59,964 nt of DNA from Candidatus Coatesbacteria bacterium. GTDB taxonomy: Bacteria > JAFGND01. This document shows, one piece after another, positions 18,259-28,698 of the stretch. The notes beneath the pieces are model-generated. The model saw nothing but the letters and a program-made list of their open reading frames with translations. It made no database searches and had not been told where the DNA came from. The stretch lies in assembly GCA_016927185.1 (NCBI GenBank), contig JAFGND010000064.1:1-59964 (forward strand), written 5' to 3'. The first letter of the stretch is position 1. Every line of letters starts with the position of its first letter. The position numbers were made by a program, and so were the translations under genes.

Positions 18259-19209
18259 ATGAAAAAACAGAAAAACCAGATTGATGAAAATGCAAAGAAT
18301 GGTAATAAAAGAACTGCGGGAAGAAAAAGCAGCTTTATACAAACACTTATTGTTACAGTAGGTATAGCATTAGTTTTAAGAACATTTGTTGTCCAGGCTT
18401 ATGAAATTCCAAGTGGATCAATGAGAATGACTTTGCAGGAAGGAGATTTCCTTCTAGCAGCCAAATTCCTATATGGTTTTAAGATACCATTTACAGAAGC
18501 TTCTATTGGAGGGTGGCTTGAACCTAAACATCAGAAGATAAGCATATTTCACTTTCCTCTGAGTCCCGACAGGGATTTTGTTAAAAGATGCATTGGACTT
18601 CCAGGTGATACAGTAGAAATAAAAGACAAGGTTGTATATGTCAACAGAAAGCAGTACAAGGAACCATATACTCAGTTTGTGGATCCAGTAATCAGGGACA
18701 AGGATTTCAGGAAGAATATGCAACCTTATACATTGAAGGAGAATGAATTAGCTTTTGCTATCAAACCGGATGCTGGAAATGATTTGATTGTAAAAATAAT
18801 AAATCCGAAAGGATATCCAAAGGACCAGGAAGAATTTTTCTTTTCTTGTATTGCTGTTCCAGGACAAATTATTGAAATGAGAAACAACGAGATTTTCGTA
18901 GAAGATAAGAAAATAGATTCAAGCAAGTTATTGACCTTCAAGGATATATTCGCTCATGGTTATTGGCCGGTTATAAGGGATAATTTCGGTCCTTATATTG
19001 TCCCGGCAAACTATTATTTCATGCTTGGAGATAACAGAGATGATAGCCTTGATAGCAGATTCTGGGGACCAGTTCACAAGAAATACATTTTTGGTGAACC
19101 TTTGATTATTTATATGTCCTGGTTAACATCAAGTCTTGATTCTAATTATGCTTCAATAGATATTTTTCATAGAATAAGATGGAACAGATTGGGAGTGATT
19201 ATAAGATAA
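18259..19209 (+). CDS. lepB: Signal peptidase I
   Basis: TM segment, IPSGSM (catalytic Ser), FVKRCIGLPGD (catalytic Lys), YFMLGDNRDDSLDSRFWG. Confidence 0.96.
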   Translation: MKKQKNQIDENAKNGNKRTAGRKSSFIQTLIVTVGIALVLRTFVVQAYEIPSGSMRMTLQEGDFLLAAKFLYGFKIPFTEASIGGWLEPKHQKISIFHFPLSPDRDFVKRCIGLPGDTVEIKDKVVYVNRKQYKEPYTQFVDPVIRDKDFRKNMQPYTLKENELAFAIKPDAGNDLIVKIINPKGYPKDQEEFFFSCIAVPGQIIEMRNNEIFVEDKKIDSSKLLTFKDIFAHGYWPVIRDNFGPYIVPANYYFMLGDNRDDSLDSRFWGPVHKKYIFGEPLIIYMSWLTSSLDSNYASIDIFHRIRWNRLGVIIR

Positions 19210-20160
19210 ATGAGAAATCAACAGAATCTTTCTCAGGTTAAGGCAGGGGATAACTTCAAGGGATTTCTTATGCTTTACAAGATATACGGAAAAACCTCAA
19301 AAATAGGGAAACTCTATGCTAATCTTGAACTTGGAGATGCAACAGGAACTATTGAAGGAAGATGGTGGGATATTGACAAGGAAATCATAGAGAATTTCTC
19401 TGAGATGCAACCTGTTGCTATCAAGGGAAGTATAGAAGAATGGCAGGATAAGCTGCAATTCAAGGTTGAGAAAATGAGAGCAATTTGTGAAGAAGATGAA
19501 TTGCATGGATTCGATTTTGCACTTCTTGTTCCGACAACTCCTTACAATGTTGATGAGATGTGGGGTGAGCTTATAGATATCATTACTGAAATAGCTGAAC
19601 CCAATCTGCAGGATTTACTTGGCAAGATATTTGCCAGATATGAAGAGGATTTCAAATCATTTCCTGCTGCCCATAGGCTTCATCATTCATACAGGGGGGG
19701 ATTACTGGAACATACTTTATCAGTAGTTAAAATCGTGAAGAATTTATGTGAGCATTTTCCAAGACTGGATAGAGATTTGGTTTTAACAGGAGCAATTCTG
19801 CATGATATAGGAAAGATAAAGGAATACAGGGAAGATCCAAGGCAATCAAGCACAATGAGTGGAGAGCTTATTGGTCATGTTGTTCAGGGATGGGAAATAA
19901 TTCTTGATGAATACAGGCAAATAGAGTATTTCCCAGAGAATTTACTTATTAAACTCGGGCATATAATCCTTTCTCATCATGGGAAATATGAATATGGATC
20001 CCCGAAACTTCCAAAAACAGCAGAAGCCATTGTAGTTAATTTTGCAGATGATCTTGATGCCAAGGTTTCGCTTTTTTATAGTGTCATTGATAATGACAAG
20101 GACAAAGGTGAGTTTACATATTATAACCAGATATTTGAAGGTAGATTATACAGGGGGTAA
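19210..20160 (+). CDS. yhaM: 3'-5' exoribonuclease YhaM family (OB + HD)
   Basis: N-terminal OB fold (LGDATGTIEG), PAAHRLHHSYRGGLLEH, LHDIGKI, SHHGKYEYGSPKLP, ADDLDAK. Confidence 0.92.
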   Translation: MRNQQNLSQVKAGDNFKGFLMLYKIYGKTSKIGKLYANLELGDATGTIEGRWWDIDKEIIENFSEMQPVAIKGSIEEWQDKLQFKVEKMRAICEEDELHGFDFALLVPTTPYNVDEMWGELIDIITEIAEPNLQDLLGKIFARYEEDFKSFPAAHRLHHSYRGGLLEHTLSVVKIVKNLCEHFPRLDRDLVLTGAILHDIGKIKEYREDPRQSSTMSGELIGHVVQGWEIILDEYRQIEYFPENLLIKLGHIILSHHGKYEYGSPKLPKTAEAIVVNFADDLDAKVSLFYSVIDNDKDKGEFTYYNQIFEGRLYRG

Positions 20161-21536
20161 TGATGGATTATCAAGTGATTTTTTTAGGCGGAGGTCCAGC
20201 AGGATATGTTGGAGCAATATATGCAGCAAAGCATGGTCTTAAAACAGCAATAGTGGAGAAGGATTTGATTGGAGGAACCTGCTTGAATAGGGGTTGTATA
20301 CCAACAAAAACCCTTCTTGCAAGCACCAGAATATTCTATCAGAAGGAGAAATCAAGTGAACTGGGATGGAAGATAGATAACTTATCATTTAATTGGGATA
20401 AAATAAGAGAAAGACGAGAAAGTGTTCCTTATAAACTCAGACAAGGAATAGAATACTTGTTCAAGAAACTGGGTATTGATTTAATAAGGGGAAGTGGCAA
20501 GATTCTGGAGCCACATAAATTGATGATAGACAATGGAGAAAGAGAAGTCTCTTTTGATAACCTTATTATTTCTACTGGCTCAAGACCTCAAATATTTCCA
20601 TTCCTGAAACCTGATGGCATAAATATACTTATAAGCACAGATCTGCTTAAATTAAACGAAATACCAGAGAATCTTGCTATAATAGGTGCTGGAGCAATCG
20701 GAATGGAGTTTGCGACAATCTATCATGCGCTGGGAACAAAGATAACAATAATAGAGTATTTACCAGAGGTATTACCATTATTTGACAGAGCTTTGGCAAA
20801 AAGACTTAGGTTGATCTATAAGAAAAGAGGAATTAACATCCTGATAGGAAGTAAAGTAACTGGCTGTGATATAATAGATTATAAATGTAAGATAAATATA
20901 GAAGGAGTTGAGAATCCAGTACTTTCTGATAAAATTCTTCTCGCTACTGGTGTAGTACCTAATTCTGAAAACATTGGACTTGCTGAGATTGGAATTGAGC
21001 AAGATAAACGTGGATACATCAAAGTGAATGACAAATTAGTTACTTCTTATGAAAACATCTTTGCAGTAGGTGATGTTATTGGTGGAAAGCAGCTTGCACA
21101 TAAAGCATCATTTGAAGCAAAACGGGTTATAGATATAATTCTTGGAAAGAATGTATTGATAAATCCTGTTATCCCTGGAATTGCTTATACTGAACCAGAA
21201 TTTGCTATGGCAGGTTTAACAGAGGAAGAGTGCAGGGAAAAGAATCTGGACTTTGCAACAGGACAATTCCCCTATCAAGCTCTTGGAAGGGCGATAGCTG
21301 AGAATGATATTGATGGACAGGTGAAAGTATTAATAGATACTAAAAGTAAAAAGATTCTTGGAGCACATATACTTGGAAATCATTCAGATAATCTTGTACA
21401 GATTATTTCTCAGATGATGGATTATGGCAAGACAGTTGATGATATTGAGAAATTATGTTTCTCTCATCCAAGTTACACTGAAATAATCGAGGAAGCAATA
21501 TTAGATTCAATAAAAATGGCTATTCATAAAATATGA
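20160..21536 (+). CDS. lpdA: Dihydrolipoyl dehydrogenase
   Basis: GGGPAGY, redox disulfide GGTCLNRGCIPTK, GAGAIGME, HPSYTE. Confidence 0.95.
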   Translation: MMDYQVIFLGGGPAGYVGAIYAAKHGLKTAIVEKDLIGGTCLNRGCIPTKTLLASTRIFYQKEKSSELGWKIDNLSFNWDKIRERRESVPYKLRQGIEYLFKKLGIDLIRGSGKILEPHKLMIDNGEREVSFDNLIISTGSRPQIFPFLKPDGINILISTDLLKLNEIPENLAIIGAGAIGMEFATIYHALGTKITIIEYLPEVLPLFDRALAKRLRLIYKKRGINILIGSKVTGCDIIDYKCKINIEGVENPVLSDKILLATGVVPNSENIGLAEIGIEQDKRGYIKVNDKLVTSYENIFAVGDVIGGKQLAHKASFEAKRVIDIILGKNVLINPVIPGIAYTEPEFAMAGLTEEECREKNLDFATGQFPYQALGRAIAENDIDGQVKVLIDTKSKKILGAHILGNHSDNLVQIISQMMDYGKTVDDIEKLCFSHPSYTEIIEEAILDSIKMAIHKI

Positions 21537-22135
21537 ATGAGTATGCTTTTGTATTCAAGGTGATTGCAGCTGCCATAATGGGTTTTTCTCTTTCAGCATG
21601 TGCAGGAATAAGAGCATTTCTTCCTCTTGCCGCTGTTTCTATTGCATCCAAGTTTGGTTCCCTGATTGGCTATAATCTGCCTTTGACTGAATATTTTACC
21701 TGGCTTTCAAGCTGGCCTTCAGTAATATGCTTTACAACTGCTGTTATAATAGAAATAATTGCAGATAAATTTCCTGCAATTGATAACATACTTGATGCAG
21801 CTGCATTCCTTCTGAAACCAATAGCTGGTGCTTTTATAGCTGCAGCAGTTATGACAAAGATGCCTCCTTTGTTACAAGCAGTTCTTGCAATAATAATTGG
21901 TGGAGGAATTGCTGAAGGAGTTCATTTGATAAAAGCGGGAGTGAGAGGATTATCTACTGTAGGGACTGCTGGCACTGCAAATACTGTAATAAGCATAATC
22001 GAAGATATAGGAAGTACAATCCTTGTAATTCTTTCTTTTGTTATTCCAATCCTGTCTGCAATACTGATAGTAATTCTATTTATAATAGTCTTCAAGTATA
22101 TGAAAAACAAGAAAAAACTTCAGGTTGCCAGATAA
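21533..22135 (+). CDS. DUF4126-like membrane protein
   Basis: LSACAGIRAFLPL, EIIADKFPAIDNILD, NTVISIIED motifs and multiple TMs. Confidence 0.85.
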   Translation: MNEYAFVFKVIAAAIMGFSLSACAGIRAFLPLAAVSIASKFGSLIGYNLPLTEYFTWLSSWPSVICFTTAVIIEIIADKFPAIDNILDAAAFLLKPIAGAFIAAAVMTKMPPLLQAVLAIIIGGGIAEGVHLIKAGVRGLSTVGTAGTANTVISIIEDIGSTILVILSFVIPILSAILIVILFIIVFKYMKNKKKLQVAR

Positions 22136-23223
22136 TGTCAGAACAGATAGAGAAAATAATCCTCCAGCTAGAAACAATTGGGAAAATACTCAATATAGAG
22201 AACAAAACGAAGAGAGTCGCATTACTGGACGAAGAAATAAATAAAGAAGGTTTCTGGAATGATCCGCAGAAAGCTCAGAATATTCTGAAGCAGAAAAAAA
22301 TGATGGAGAATCAAATTGAAGAGTGGAGAAATTCAAGGCAGGAAATTGATATGCTTTCGGAATTAATGCAGTTAGCAATAGATGAGGGAGATCAAAAGAC
22401 AATAGAAAAGTTAACTGAGGAAACTAATCAATTGAAAGAAAGAATTGATATACTTGAGAATAAAGCTCTATTGAAGGAAGAGGATGATGAAAAAGATGCC
22501 ATTCTTGAAATTCACAGTGGAGCTGGAGGAACAGATGCACAGGATTGGGCAGAAATGCTTTCCAGAATGTATCAAAGATGGTCTGAAAGGCAAGGTTATA
22601 AGATTGTTGTACTTGATCAGCTGACTGGTCTTGAAGCTGGTATTAAGAGCATTTCCCTTTCTATAGAGGGAGAATATGCATATGGATATTTGAAGGGAGA
22701 AACAGGAGTTCACAGATTGATAAGACTATCACCTTTTGATACCAATCACAGACGTCATACCTCTTTTGCAAGCGTATCTGTTTATCCTAGAATAGACAAG
22801 ACGATCAAGGTGGATCTTAAGGAAGAGGATTTAAGGGTGGAAACTTTTCGTTCACAAGGTGCAGGAGGTCAAAGCATCAATACAACTGATAGTGCTGTAC
22901 GTATAACTCATTTGCCGACTGGAATAAGTATATCATGTCAGAATGAAAGATCGCAGCTTAGAAACAAGGAAAATGCTATGATTTTGCTTCAGGCAAAAAT
23001 CTATGCATATTATCATGCAATAGAGGAAGAAAAAAAGAGAGAACTTGAAAAACTCAAGAAAAAAATTGAATGGGGAAGTCAAATAAGAAGTTATACATTC
23101 CATCCTTATACTATGGTAAAAGATCATAGAACGAAGACTGAGTCTGGTAATATTGCTGCAGTAATGGATGGAGATATTTCAATATTTATAGATTCATTTC
23201 TTCATATATTGAATGAGGAATAA
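22135..23223 (+). CDS. prfB: Peptide chain release factor 2 (no programmed frameshift)
   Basis: SPF anticodon motif (RLSPFD), GGQ, EWGSQIRSY. The ORF is continuous. Confidence 0.97.
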   Translation: MSEQIEKIILQLETIGKILNIENKTKRVALLDEEINKEGFWNDPQKAQNILKQKKMMENQIEEWRNSRQEIDMLSELMQLAIDEGDQKTIEKLTEETNQLKERIDILENKALLKEEDDEKDAILEIHSGAGGTDAQDWAEMLSRMYQRWSERQGYKIVVLDQLTGLEAGIKSISLSIEGEYAYGYLKGETGVHRLIRLSPFDTNHRRHTSFASVSVYPRIDKTIKVDLKEEDLRVETFRSQGAGGQSINTTDSAVRITHLPTGISISCQNERSQLRNKENAMILLQAKIYAYYHAIEEEKKRELEKLKKKIEWGSQIRSYTFHPYTMVKDHRTKTESGNIAAVMDGDISIFIDSFLHILNEE

Positions 23224-24402
23224 ATGTCATATTTAAACAGAAATATAATTAAAACATATTTCGCTGCAGCATTGATAATAATTGGTCTAGTCTTCTTGAT
23301 TTTTACTTACATTATTTACAGCAGATTAGAAGAACATGCAGAAAGTGTTTCAAATCTTGTAGCTAATTATTTCGCAGTCAATACAATAGAAGCATTGAAA
23401 AATCCAAGTGACTTCAAGAGAATTCTTGCGATTGTTGACTTTCCAATTATAATTACTGATGAAAATAGTGTCGCACAAGTATTCGTAGATATTAATGAAA
23501 GAGACGAACAGAAGCTGAAGAAAATAATAAAGGATATGGATAGCACTTATCCTCCCATTCCGATTGTTGCATTCCAGGATAATGAAAGTATTGTTATTGG
23601 TCACTTGCACAGAGGGAAATCCAAATTAGGTACTTTATTAAGATTTATTCCATTCATACAGTTTGGACTTGTTTCACTGTTTTCTGCAGTTGGTTTAATG
23701 GCATTCAGGGTTTTAAGAACTACTGAACAAAGCTATATCTGGGTTGGAATGGCCAAAGAAACTGCGCATCAACTTGGAACACCACTCACAAGTATTCTAG
23801 GATGGCTTCAAATGCTTGAGGAATATCCTTCTGAAGATAAACATGAAATAAGAGAAATGAAAAAGGATATTGAGAGATTAAATAAAATTGTATCCAGATT
23901 TGGCTTGATTGGAAGCTTACCCAAATTCCAGGATGTAGATTTAAATCCTCTTATTGATAATCTTATTACTTATTTTGAAGAAAGAACTCCACATCTCGGA
24001 CTCAAGAGAATTTCTATAGTAAATGAAGTCTCTAAATTACCAGTTGTAAAAGGAAATCAGGAGTTATTAGAATGGGTTTTCGAGAATCTTCTAAAAAACT
24101 CAATAACAGCTATGGATAAGGATGAAGGGATTATTACCATTTCTGGAGAATATGATGAATTCAATGTAAAAGTAAGAATTGTGGATAATGGAAGAGGTAT
24201 ATTACCATCCAATCAGAAGGCAATATTTGACCCAGGGTTTACAAGCAAGAAGAAAGGATGGGGATTGGGTTTAGCTTTAGCAAGAAGAATAGTTGAAGAA
24301 TATCATCAAGGTCAGCTTCAGCTAGTTTCTTCAAAAATAGGCATTGGTTCTATTTTTGAAGTGATTATTCCATTAGATTTACATAATAGACAATCAAAAT
24401 GA
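23224..24402 (+). CDS. Membrane sensor histidine kinase
   Basis: Two TMs, WVGMAKETAHQLGTPL, WVFENLLKNS, DNGRG, GWGLGL. Confidence 0.93.
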   Translation: MSYLNRNIIKTYFAAALIIIGLVFLIFTYIIYSRLEEHAESVSNLVANYFAVNTIEALKNPSDFKRILAIVDFPIIITDENSVAQVFVDINERDEQKLKKIIKDMDSTYPPIPIVAFQDNESIVIGHLHRGKSKLGTLLRFIPFIQFGLVSLFSAVGLMAFRVLRTTEQSYIWVGMAKETAHQLGTPLTSILGWLQMLEEYPSEDKHEIREMKKDIERLNKIVSRFGLIGSLPKFQDVDLNPLIDNLITYFEERTPHLGLKRISIVNEVSKLPVVKGNQELLEWVFENLLKNSITAMDKDEGIITISGEYDEFNVKVRIVDNGRGILPSNQKAIFDPGFTSKKKGWGLGLALARRIVEEYHQGQLQLVSSKIGIGSIFEVIIPLDLHNRQSK

Positions 24403-24418
24403 TTTTTAGGAGGATAAA

Positions 24419-25132
24419 ATGAAGTATTTAGTTGTTTTATTGACAATTATGGTTTTACTTGTTGGGAATCTGTTCGCGGATGAGCAAAGTAACAAAATTT
24501 TGGAGAAGGTTATTGAAGCAAAAGGTGGATTAAAAGCTATTAAGAAAATAAAAACCGTATCATCAGAAAGTGAAGGATTAATTCTTACTGAGAATCAGAA
24601 TATAAAAATAAGCACCAGGATAATCTTACCTGATAAATATAGTGTTGCCATGAGTAAGCTAAGTGTGACATATCTGAGGATAATAAATGAAAACAAGACG
24701 CGATTATCCTTGAATGGACAACCTGTAAAACAGACAAAGGATGAGGATCAGGAAGCATTCAACTCAATATATAGAAGTGAATTGTATATTCTCACCCATC
24801 TTGAAGATAAAACGACATCCACTGCATTTAAAGGTGAGGATAAATGGCAGGATACTGAGGTATACAAGATTATGATTGATATTTCAGGAGCAAATGTAAT
24901 CTTATATATTGACAAAACTAGTTACAGGATTATAGGAAAAAGCTATGAGACAAAGCATCAATTAGGAACACTTCAAGTTGAAGAAGTATACAGGGATTAC
25001 AAGACCATTGAGAATGTTGTTATACCAATGAGAACTCTTACAAGAATCAATGGTAATGGTTACATTGATGCAACTATCAAAACAATAGAGTTTAATGGTA
25101 AAATAGACAAGAAGATTTTCAATCTGGATTAA
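24419..25132 (+). CDS. Secreted protein, LolA-like/outer-membrane lipoprotein-sorting-like
   Basis: Signal peptide, ILEKVIEAKGG, LYIDKTSY, YRDYKTIENVVIP, EFNGKIDKKIF. Confidence 0.65.
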   Translation: MKYLVVLLTIMVLLVGNLFADEQSNKILEKVIEAKGGLKAIKKIKTVSSESEGLILTENQNIKISTRIILPDKYSVAMSKLSVTYLRIINENKTRLSLNGQPVKQTKDEDQEAFNSIYRSELYILTHLEDKTTSTAFKGEDKWQDTEVYKIMIDISGANVILYIDKTSYRIIGKSYETKHQLGTLQVEEVYRDYKTIENVVIPMRTLTRINGNGYIDATIKTIEFNGKIDKKIFNLD

Positions 25133-25133
25133 A

Positions 25134-25586
25134 TTAGAATGCCAGAGAAGATTTGCTATCTTTCTGGTAAATATATGCTTCTAGCACCTGCATAACTAAA
25201 TCAAGGTCATTCATTATACGTCCAAGCAGACTGATATAGTAAGTTCTTGGATTATCAAGTTCAATGTCACTGATTGCCTGCCAGAATGATTTGCTCATAG
25301 AGCAGATTTCATTATAATAACTTCGCAGCTTTTTCAAGAAATCCTGAGGAGAAAGCTCTTGTTCCTGCTTATGCCATGAAATAAAATCACAAATGTTAAT
25401 AATTAATTGATAATAAGTTACGAGTTTCTGATAAATATCCTCGTTTAAATTTCGACGATAATAAAACCTATTTTTCAGTCTTTCTGAAAGGAATTTGTAT
25501 TCATCGAAACGCTCTTTAATTCTCAATCCATCAATCTTTAACTGTGATAGATAATCTCTCATTGAAGCAAAAGAACTCTGTTTCAT
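25134..25586 (-). CDS. Hypothetical helical protein
   Basis: 150-aa ORF preceded by a strong SD (AAGGAGG). Confidence 0.7.
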   Translation of the reverse strand: MKQSSFASMRDYLSQLKIDGLRIKERFDEYKFLSERLKNRFYYRRNLNEDIYQKLVTYYQLIINICDFISWHKQEQELSPQDFLKKLRSYYNEICSMSKSFWQAISDIELDNPRTYYISLLGRIMNDLDLVMQVLEAYIYQKDSKSSLAF

Positions 25587-25669
25587 TTGAATACTTTCCT
25601 CCTTTGACTATGACAGGAAGTGTTAAAGATTAAATTGATATATCTTTTGTCAAGGAAAATTGGAAAATA

Positions 25670-25688
25670 ATTGTTATTCAATAACAAT
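25670..25688. promoter_or_regulatory. Palindromic putative operator upstream of the oxoacid:ferredoxin oxidoreductase operon
   Basis: ATTGTTATT-C-AATAACAAT, a perfect 9-1-9 inverted repeat in a 340-bp divergent intergenic region. Confidence 0.55.
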
Positions 25689-25926
25689 ATTGGTTCATGG
25701 AAGAGACAAAAACTTGGTTTTTCAAGTTAATCCTTTTGTTGTTTTTAACTAAATTTGACTAAGACACTTTGAGAAGTTAACTTGTTGAAGATAAATGATT
25801 TATATTTAAATCTCTTAATCATGCTGATTATTAAATCTATAAAGAATCAAAAATACTTGCCTAAAAAATAGGTCTCTTTCTCCTATGTCATATATATTTA
25901 TAAACCTTACTCAAAAGGAGGCGTAA

Positions 25927-26145
25927 ATGCCTAAGATTGAAATTGATGCAAATCATTGCAAAGGATGTGGACTTTGTATTGATGCGTGTCCCAAAAAAGT
26001 CATAGTTTTCAGTGAGGATATCAACAAATTGGGATACCATCCGGCAACCCCAAAGAATGAGGGATGTATAGGATGCGGGATTTGTTTTTATACGTGTCCT
26101 GAACCTGAATCTATAACTGTTTATAAGGAAGATAAATCAGCATAA
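25927..26145 (+). CDS. 2x[4Fe-4S] ferredoxin (delta subunit of 2-oxoacid:ferredoxin oxidoreductase)
   Basis: CKGCGLCIDACP and CIGCGICFYTCPEP. SD AAGGAGG. Confidence 0.95.
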   Translation: MPKIEIDANHCKGCGLCIDACPKKVIVFSEDINKLGYHPATPKNEGCIGCGICFYTCPEPESITVYKEDKSA

Positions 26146-26154
26146 GGAGTTGAA

Positions 26155-27198
26155 ATGGCGAAACAATTTATAAAAGGTAATGATGCCATAGTAAAGGGAG
26201 CGTTGCTTGCAGGTTGTGAATGTTATTTTGGATATCCAATAACACCAGCATCTGAAATAGCTCATGCTGCAGCAAAGTATTTCCCTTTGTTAGGTAGAGT
26301 ATTCTTGCAGGCTGAATCAGAAATAGCTTCAATTCAGATGGTGTATGGAGCATCTTCTGCTGGAAGAAGGGTTATGACTGCATCAAGTTCTCCTGGAATA
26401 TCACTTAAACAGGAAGGTATATCATATTGTGCAGGGAGTGAGCTTCCATGCGTAATAATTGACATCTCTCGTGGAGGACCAGGTCTTGGGAACATTGCAC
26501 CAGAGCAGAGTGACTATTTCCAGATTGTAAAGGGAGGAGGTCATGGTGCTTATAAATTGTTGGTACTTGCCCCGGCGAGTGCCCAGGAAATGTGTGATTT
26601 AACAATGCTTGCTTTTGATTTGGCAGAGAAGTATAGAAATCCGGTTTGTATATTAGCAGATGGATATATAGGACAGATGATGGAACCTGTTGAATTTCCA
26701 GAACCTTTGACAGGAAGAGAATATCCTGACTGGGCGGTGCTTGGCAATAAAGAAACAAGGCAGAACCTTATTAATTCCATCTATCTTGACCCCATAGAAC
26801 TTGAAAATCATATATTAAAACTGAATGGCAAATATGAGAGGATGAAAAAGGAAGAAGTGAGATTTGAAAAATACAAGACAGATGATGCAGAAATAATATG
26901 TATAGGTTATGGTGTTGTTTCCAGGTTGCTAAAATCAGCGATAGATGAGTGCAGGAATAAAGGAATCAAGGCAGGTCTTCTCAGACCAATTACATTATTC
27001 CCGTTTCCTGAAAAAGAGATAAGAAATTTTGCAGAGTCATGCAAGTCTTACTTCGTTTCAGAGCTTTCTCTTGGACAGATGGTTGAAGATGTAAAACTTG
27101 CAGTTAATGGATTGAAACCTGTTCATTTTTATGGAAGAACAGGGGGAGTCGTTCCATCAGTTACTGAACTTTATCAACAAATTGAGAAGATTAGATAG
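26155..27198 (+). CDS. vorB: 2-oxoacid (3-methyl-2-oxobutanoate-type):ferredoxin oxidoreductase alpha subunit
   Basis: [58 protein letters not shown]. Confidence 0.9.
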   Translation: MAKQFIKGNDAIVKGALLAGCECYFGYPITPASEIAHAAAKYFPLLGRVFLQAESEIASIQMVYGASSAGRRVMTASSSPGISLKQEGISYCAGSELPCVIIDISRGGPGLGNIAPEQSDYFQIVKGGGHGAYKLLVLAPASAQEMCDLTMLAFDLAEKYRNPVCILADGYIGQMMEPVEFPEPLTGREYPDWAVLGNKETRQNLINSIYLDPIELENHILKLNGKYERMKKEEVRFEKYKTDDAEIICIGYGVVSRLLKSAIDECRNKGIKAGLLRPITLFPFPEKEIRNFAESCKSYFVSELSLGQMVEDVKLAVNGLKPVHFYGRTGGVVPSVTELYQQIEKIR

Positions 27199-27206
27199 GG
27201 GGCAAT

Positions 27207-28643
27207 ATGAATATATTCTTGAGAAAACCAAAAGGCTTCTATGATGTTTATTTAAGAAGTCCGGCATCTGACAAAACAAATACCCATTATTGCCCTGGTT
27301 GCGGTCATGGGATAATCCATAAACTAATAGCTCAGGCAATAGAGGATTTTGATATAAAAGACAGGACAATAATGATATCACCTGTTGGTTGCAGTGTTTT
27401 TGTCTACTACTATTTTGATACTGGAAATGTACAAGTTGCACATGGAAGAGCTCCTGCTGTTGCAACTGGCTTAAAAAGAGCTAATCCAGACAGCATAGTC
27501 ATTTCATATCAAGGAGATGGAGATTTGGCTGCAATTGGCGGTAATAATATAATGCAAGCAGCAAACAGAGGAGAGAATATTACTGTTTTCTTTGTTAATA
27601 ATGCTATTTATGGAATGACTGGTGGACAGATGGCTCCAACAACCATGATTGGACAGAAGACAATGACTTCTCCTTATGGTCGAAATATATATAATGAAGG
27701 ATACCCTTTAAAAGTAGTAGAATTGCTTGCCACATTTGAAGCAACTACTTACCTGGAAAGAGTTTCTATAATGGATGCTGCAAGTATAAATAAAGCTCGC
27801 AATGCAGTAAGAAAAGCTATACAATGCCAGATAGATAACAAAGGTTTTTCATTGGTTGAGATTCTCTCTACTTGCCCAAGCAACTGGAAAATGAGTCCTG
27901 TTGAAGCGAAAAAATGGATAAAAACTGACATGATAACATATTTTACGCCACATGTTACAAAAGATAAAATCAATGAAAGAGAATCGCATAAAGTTGAAAA
28001 AATCAGGCTTAATTCTGAAGAAACAAAAAGCAAGCTAGATTTGCCTGAGAAGCGTGACTTGGTTAAGATAGATATGTCATCAGTTAAAGAGAAATATAAA
28101 AATCCAAGAATCAAGATAGCTGGATTCGGTGGTCAGGGGGTGCTTATTCTAGGTAACATGCTAGCTATTGCTGGCATGGAAGAAGGTTTCAATGTTACCT
28201 GGCTACCATCTTATGGACCTGAAATGAGAGGTGGAACAGCTAATTGTCATGTAAGAATAGATGAAAAACCAATAGGAGCACCTTCTGTGGCAAAAGCAGA
28301 TGTTTTAATAGCAATGAACAAACCCTCACTTGAGAAATTCGAGAAAGAGGAATATCTTGAATCAGGTGCTCTTTTGATATATAATACTACATTGATAGAT
28401 ATAGAGCCAAGCAGAAAGGATGTAGATATTATAGCTATTCCAGCAACTAAAATGGCAGATGATATGGGAGACCTAAAAGTTGCAAACATGATCATCATAG
28501 GTGCTTATATGGAAAAAACAAAACTCATTAATGAAGAAGCATTAGAAAGAGCATTGCAGACAGGAGTAAAGCGCAAGAATTTAATGGATTTAAACAAGAA
28601 GGCAATTAAAGCTGGAATGGACTTTGTCAAGAATCTCAAATAG
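27207..28643 (+). CDS. 2-oxoacid:ferredoxin oxidoreductase fused beta-gamma subunit
   Basis: HYCPGCGHG, TPP motif GDGDLAAIG...NNAIYGMTGGQ, then gamma domain AGFGGQGV and PSYGPEMRGGTANC. Confidence 0.93.
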   Translation: MNIFLRKPKGFYDVYLRSPASDKTNTHYCPGCGHGIIHKLIAQAIEDFDIKDRTIMISPVGCSVFVYYYFDTGNVQVAHGRAPAVATGLKRANPDSIVISYQGDGDLAAIGGNNIMQAANRGENITVFFVNNAIYGMTGGQMAPTTMIGQKTMTSPYGRNIYNEGYPLKVVELLATFEATTYLERVSIMDAASINKARNAVRKAIQCQIDNKGFSLVEILSTCPSNWKMSPVEAKKWIKTDMITYFTPHVTKDKINERESHKVEKIRLNSEETKSKLDLPEKRDLVKIDMSSVKEKYKNPRIKIAGFGGQGVLILGNMLAIAGMEEGFNVTWLPSYGPEMRGGTANCHVRIDEKPIGAPSVAKADVLIAMNKPSLEKFEKEEYLESGALLIYNTTLIDIEPSRKDVDIIAIPATKMADDMGDLKVANMIIIGAYMEKTKLINEEALERALQTGVKRKNLMDLNKKAIKAGMDFVKNLK

Positions 28644-28667
28644 TGAGTGTTTTCAATGATTTATAAG

Positions 28668-28698
28668 AGGGGTGTAAATAATTGCACCCCTTTGTTTT
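28668..28698 (+). terminator. Rho-independent terminator after the oxidoreductase operon
   Basis: AGGGGTGTAA-ataa-TTGCACCCCT followed by TTGTTTT. Confidence 0.8.

Noticed and set aside
27207-28643. Beta-gamma subunit fusion in the oxidoreductase
   Set aside because: Subunit fusions are common in this enzyme family and are not novel.
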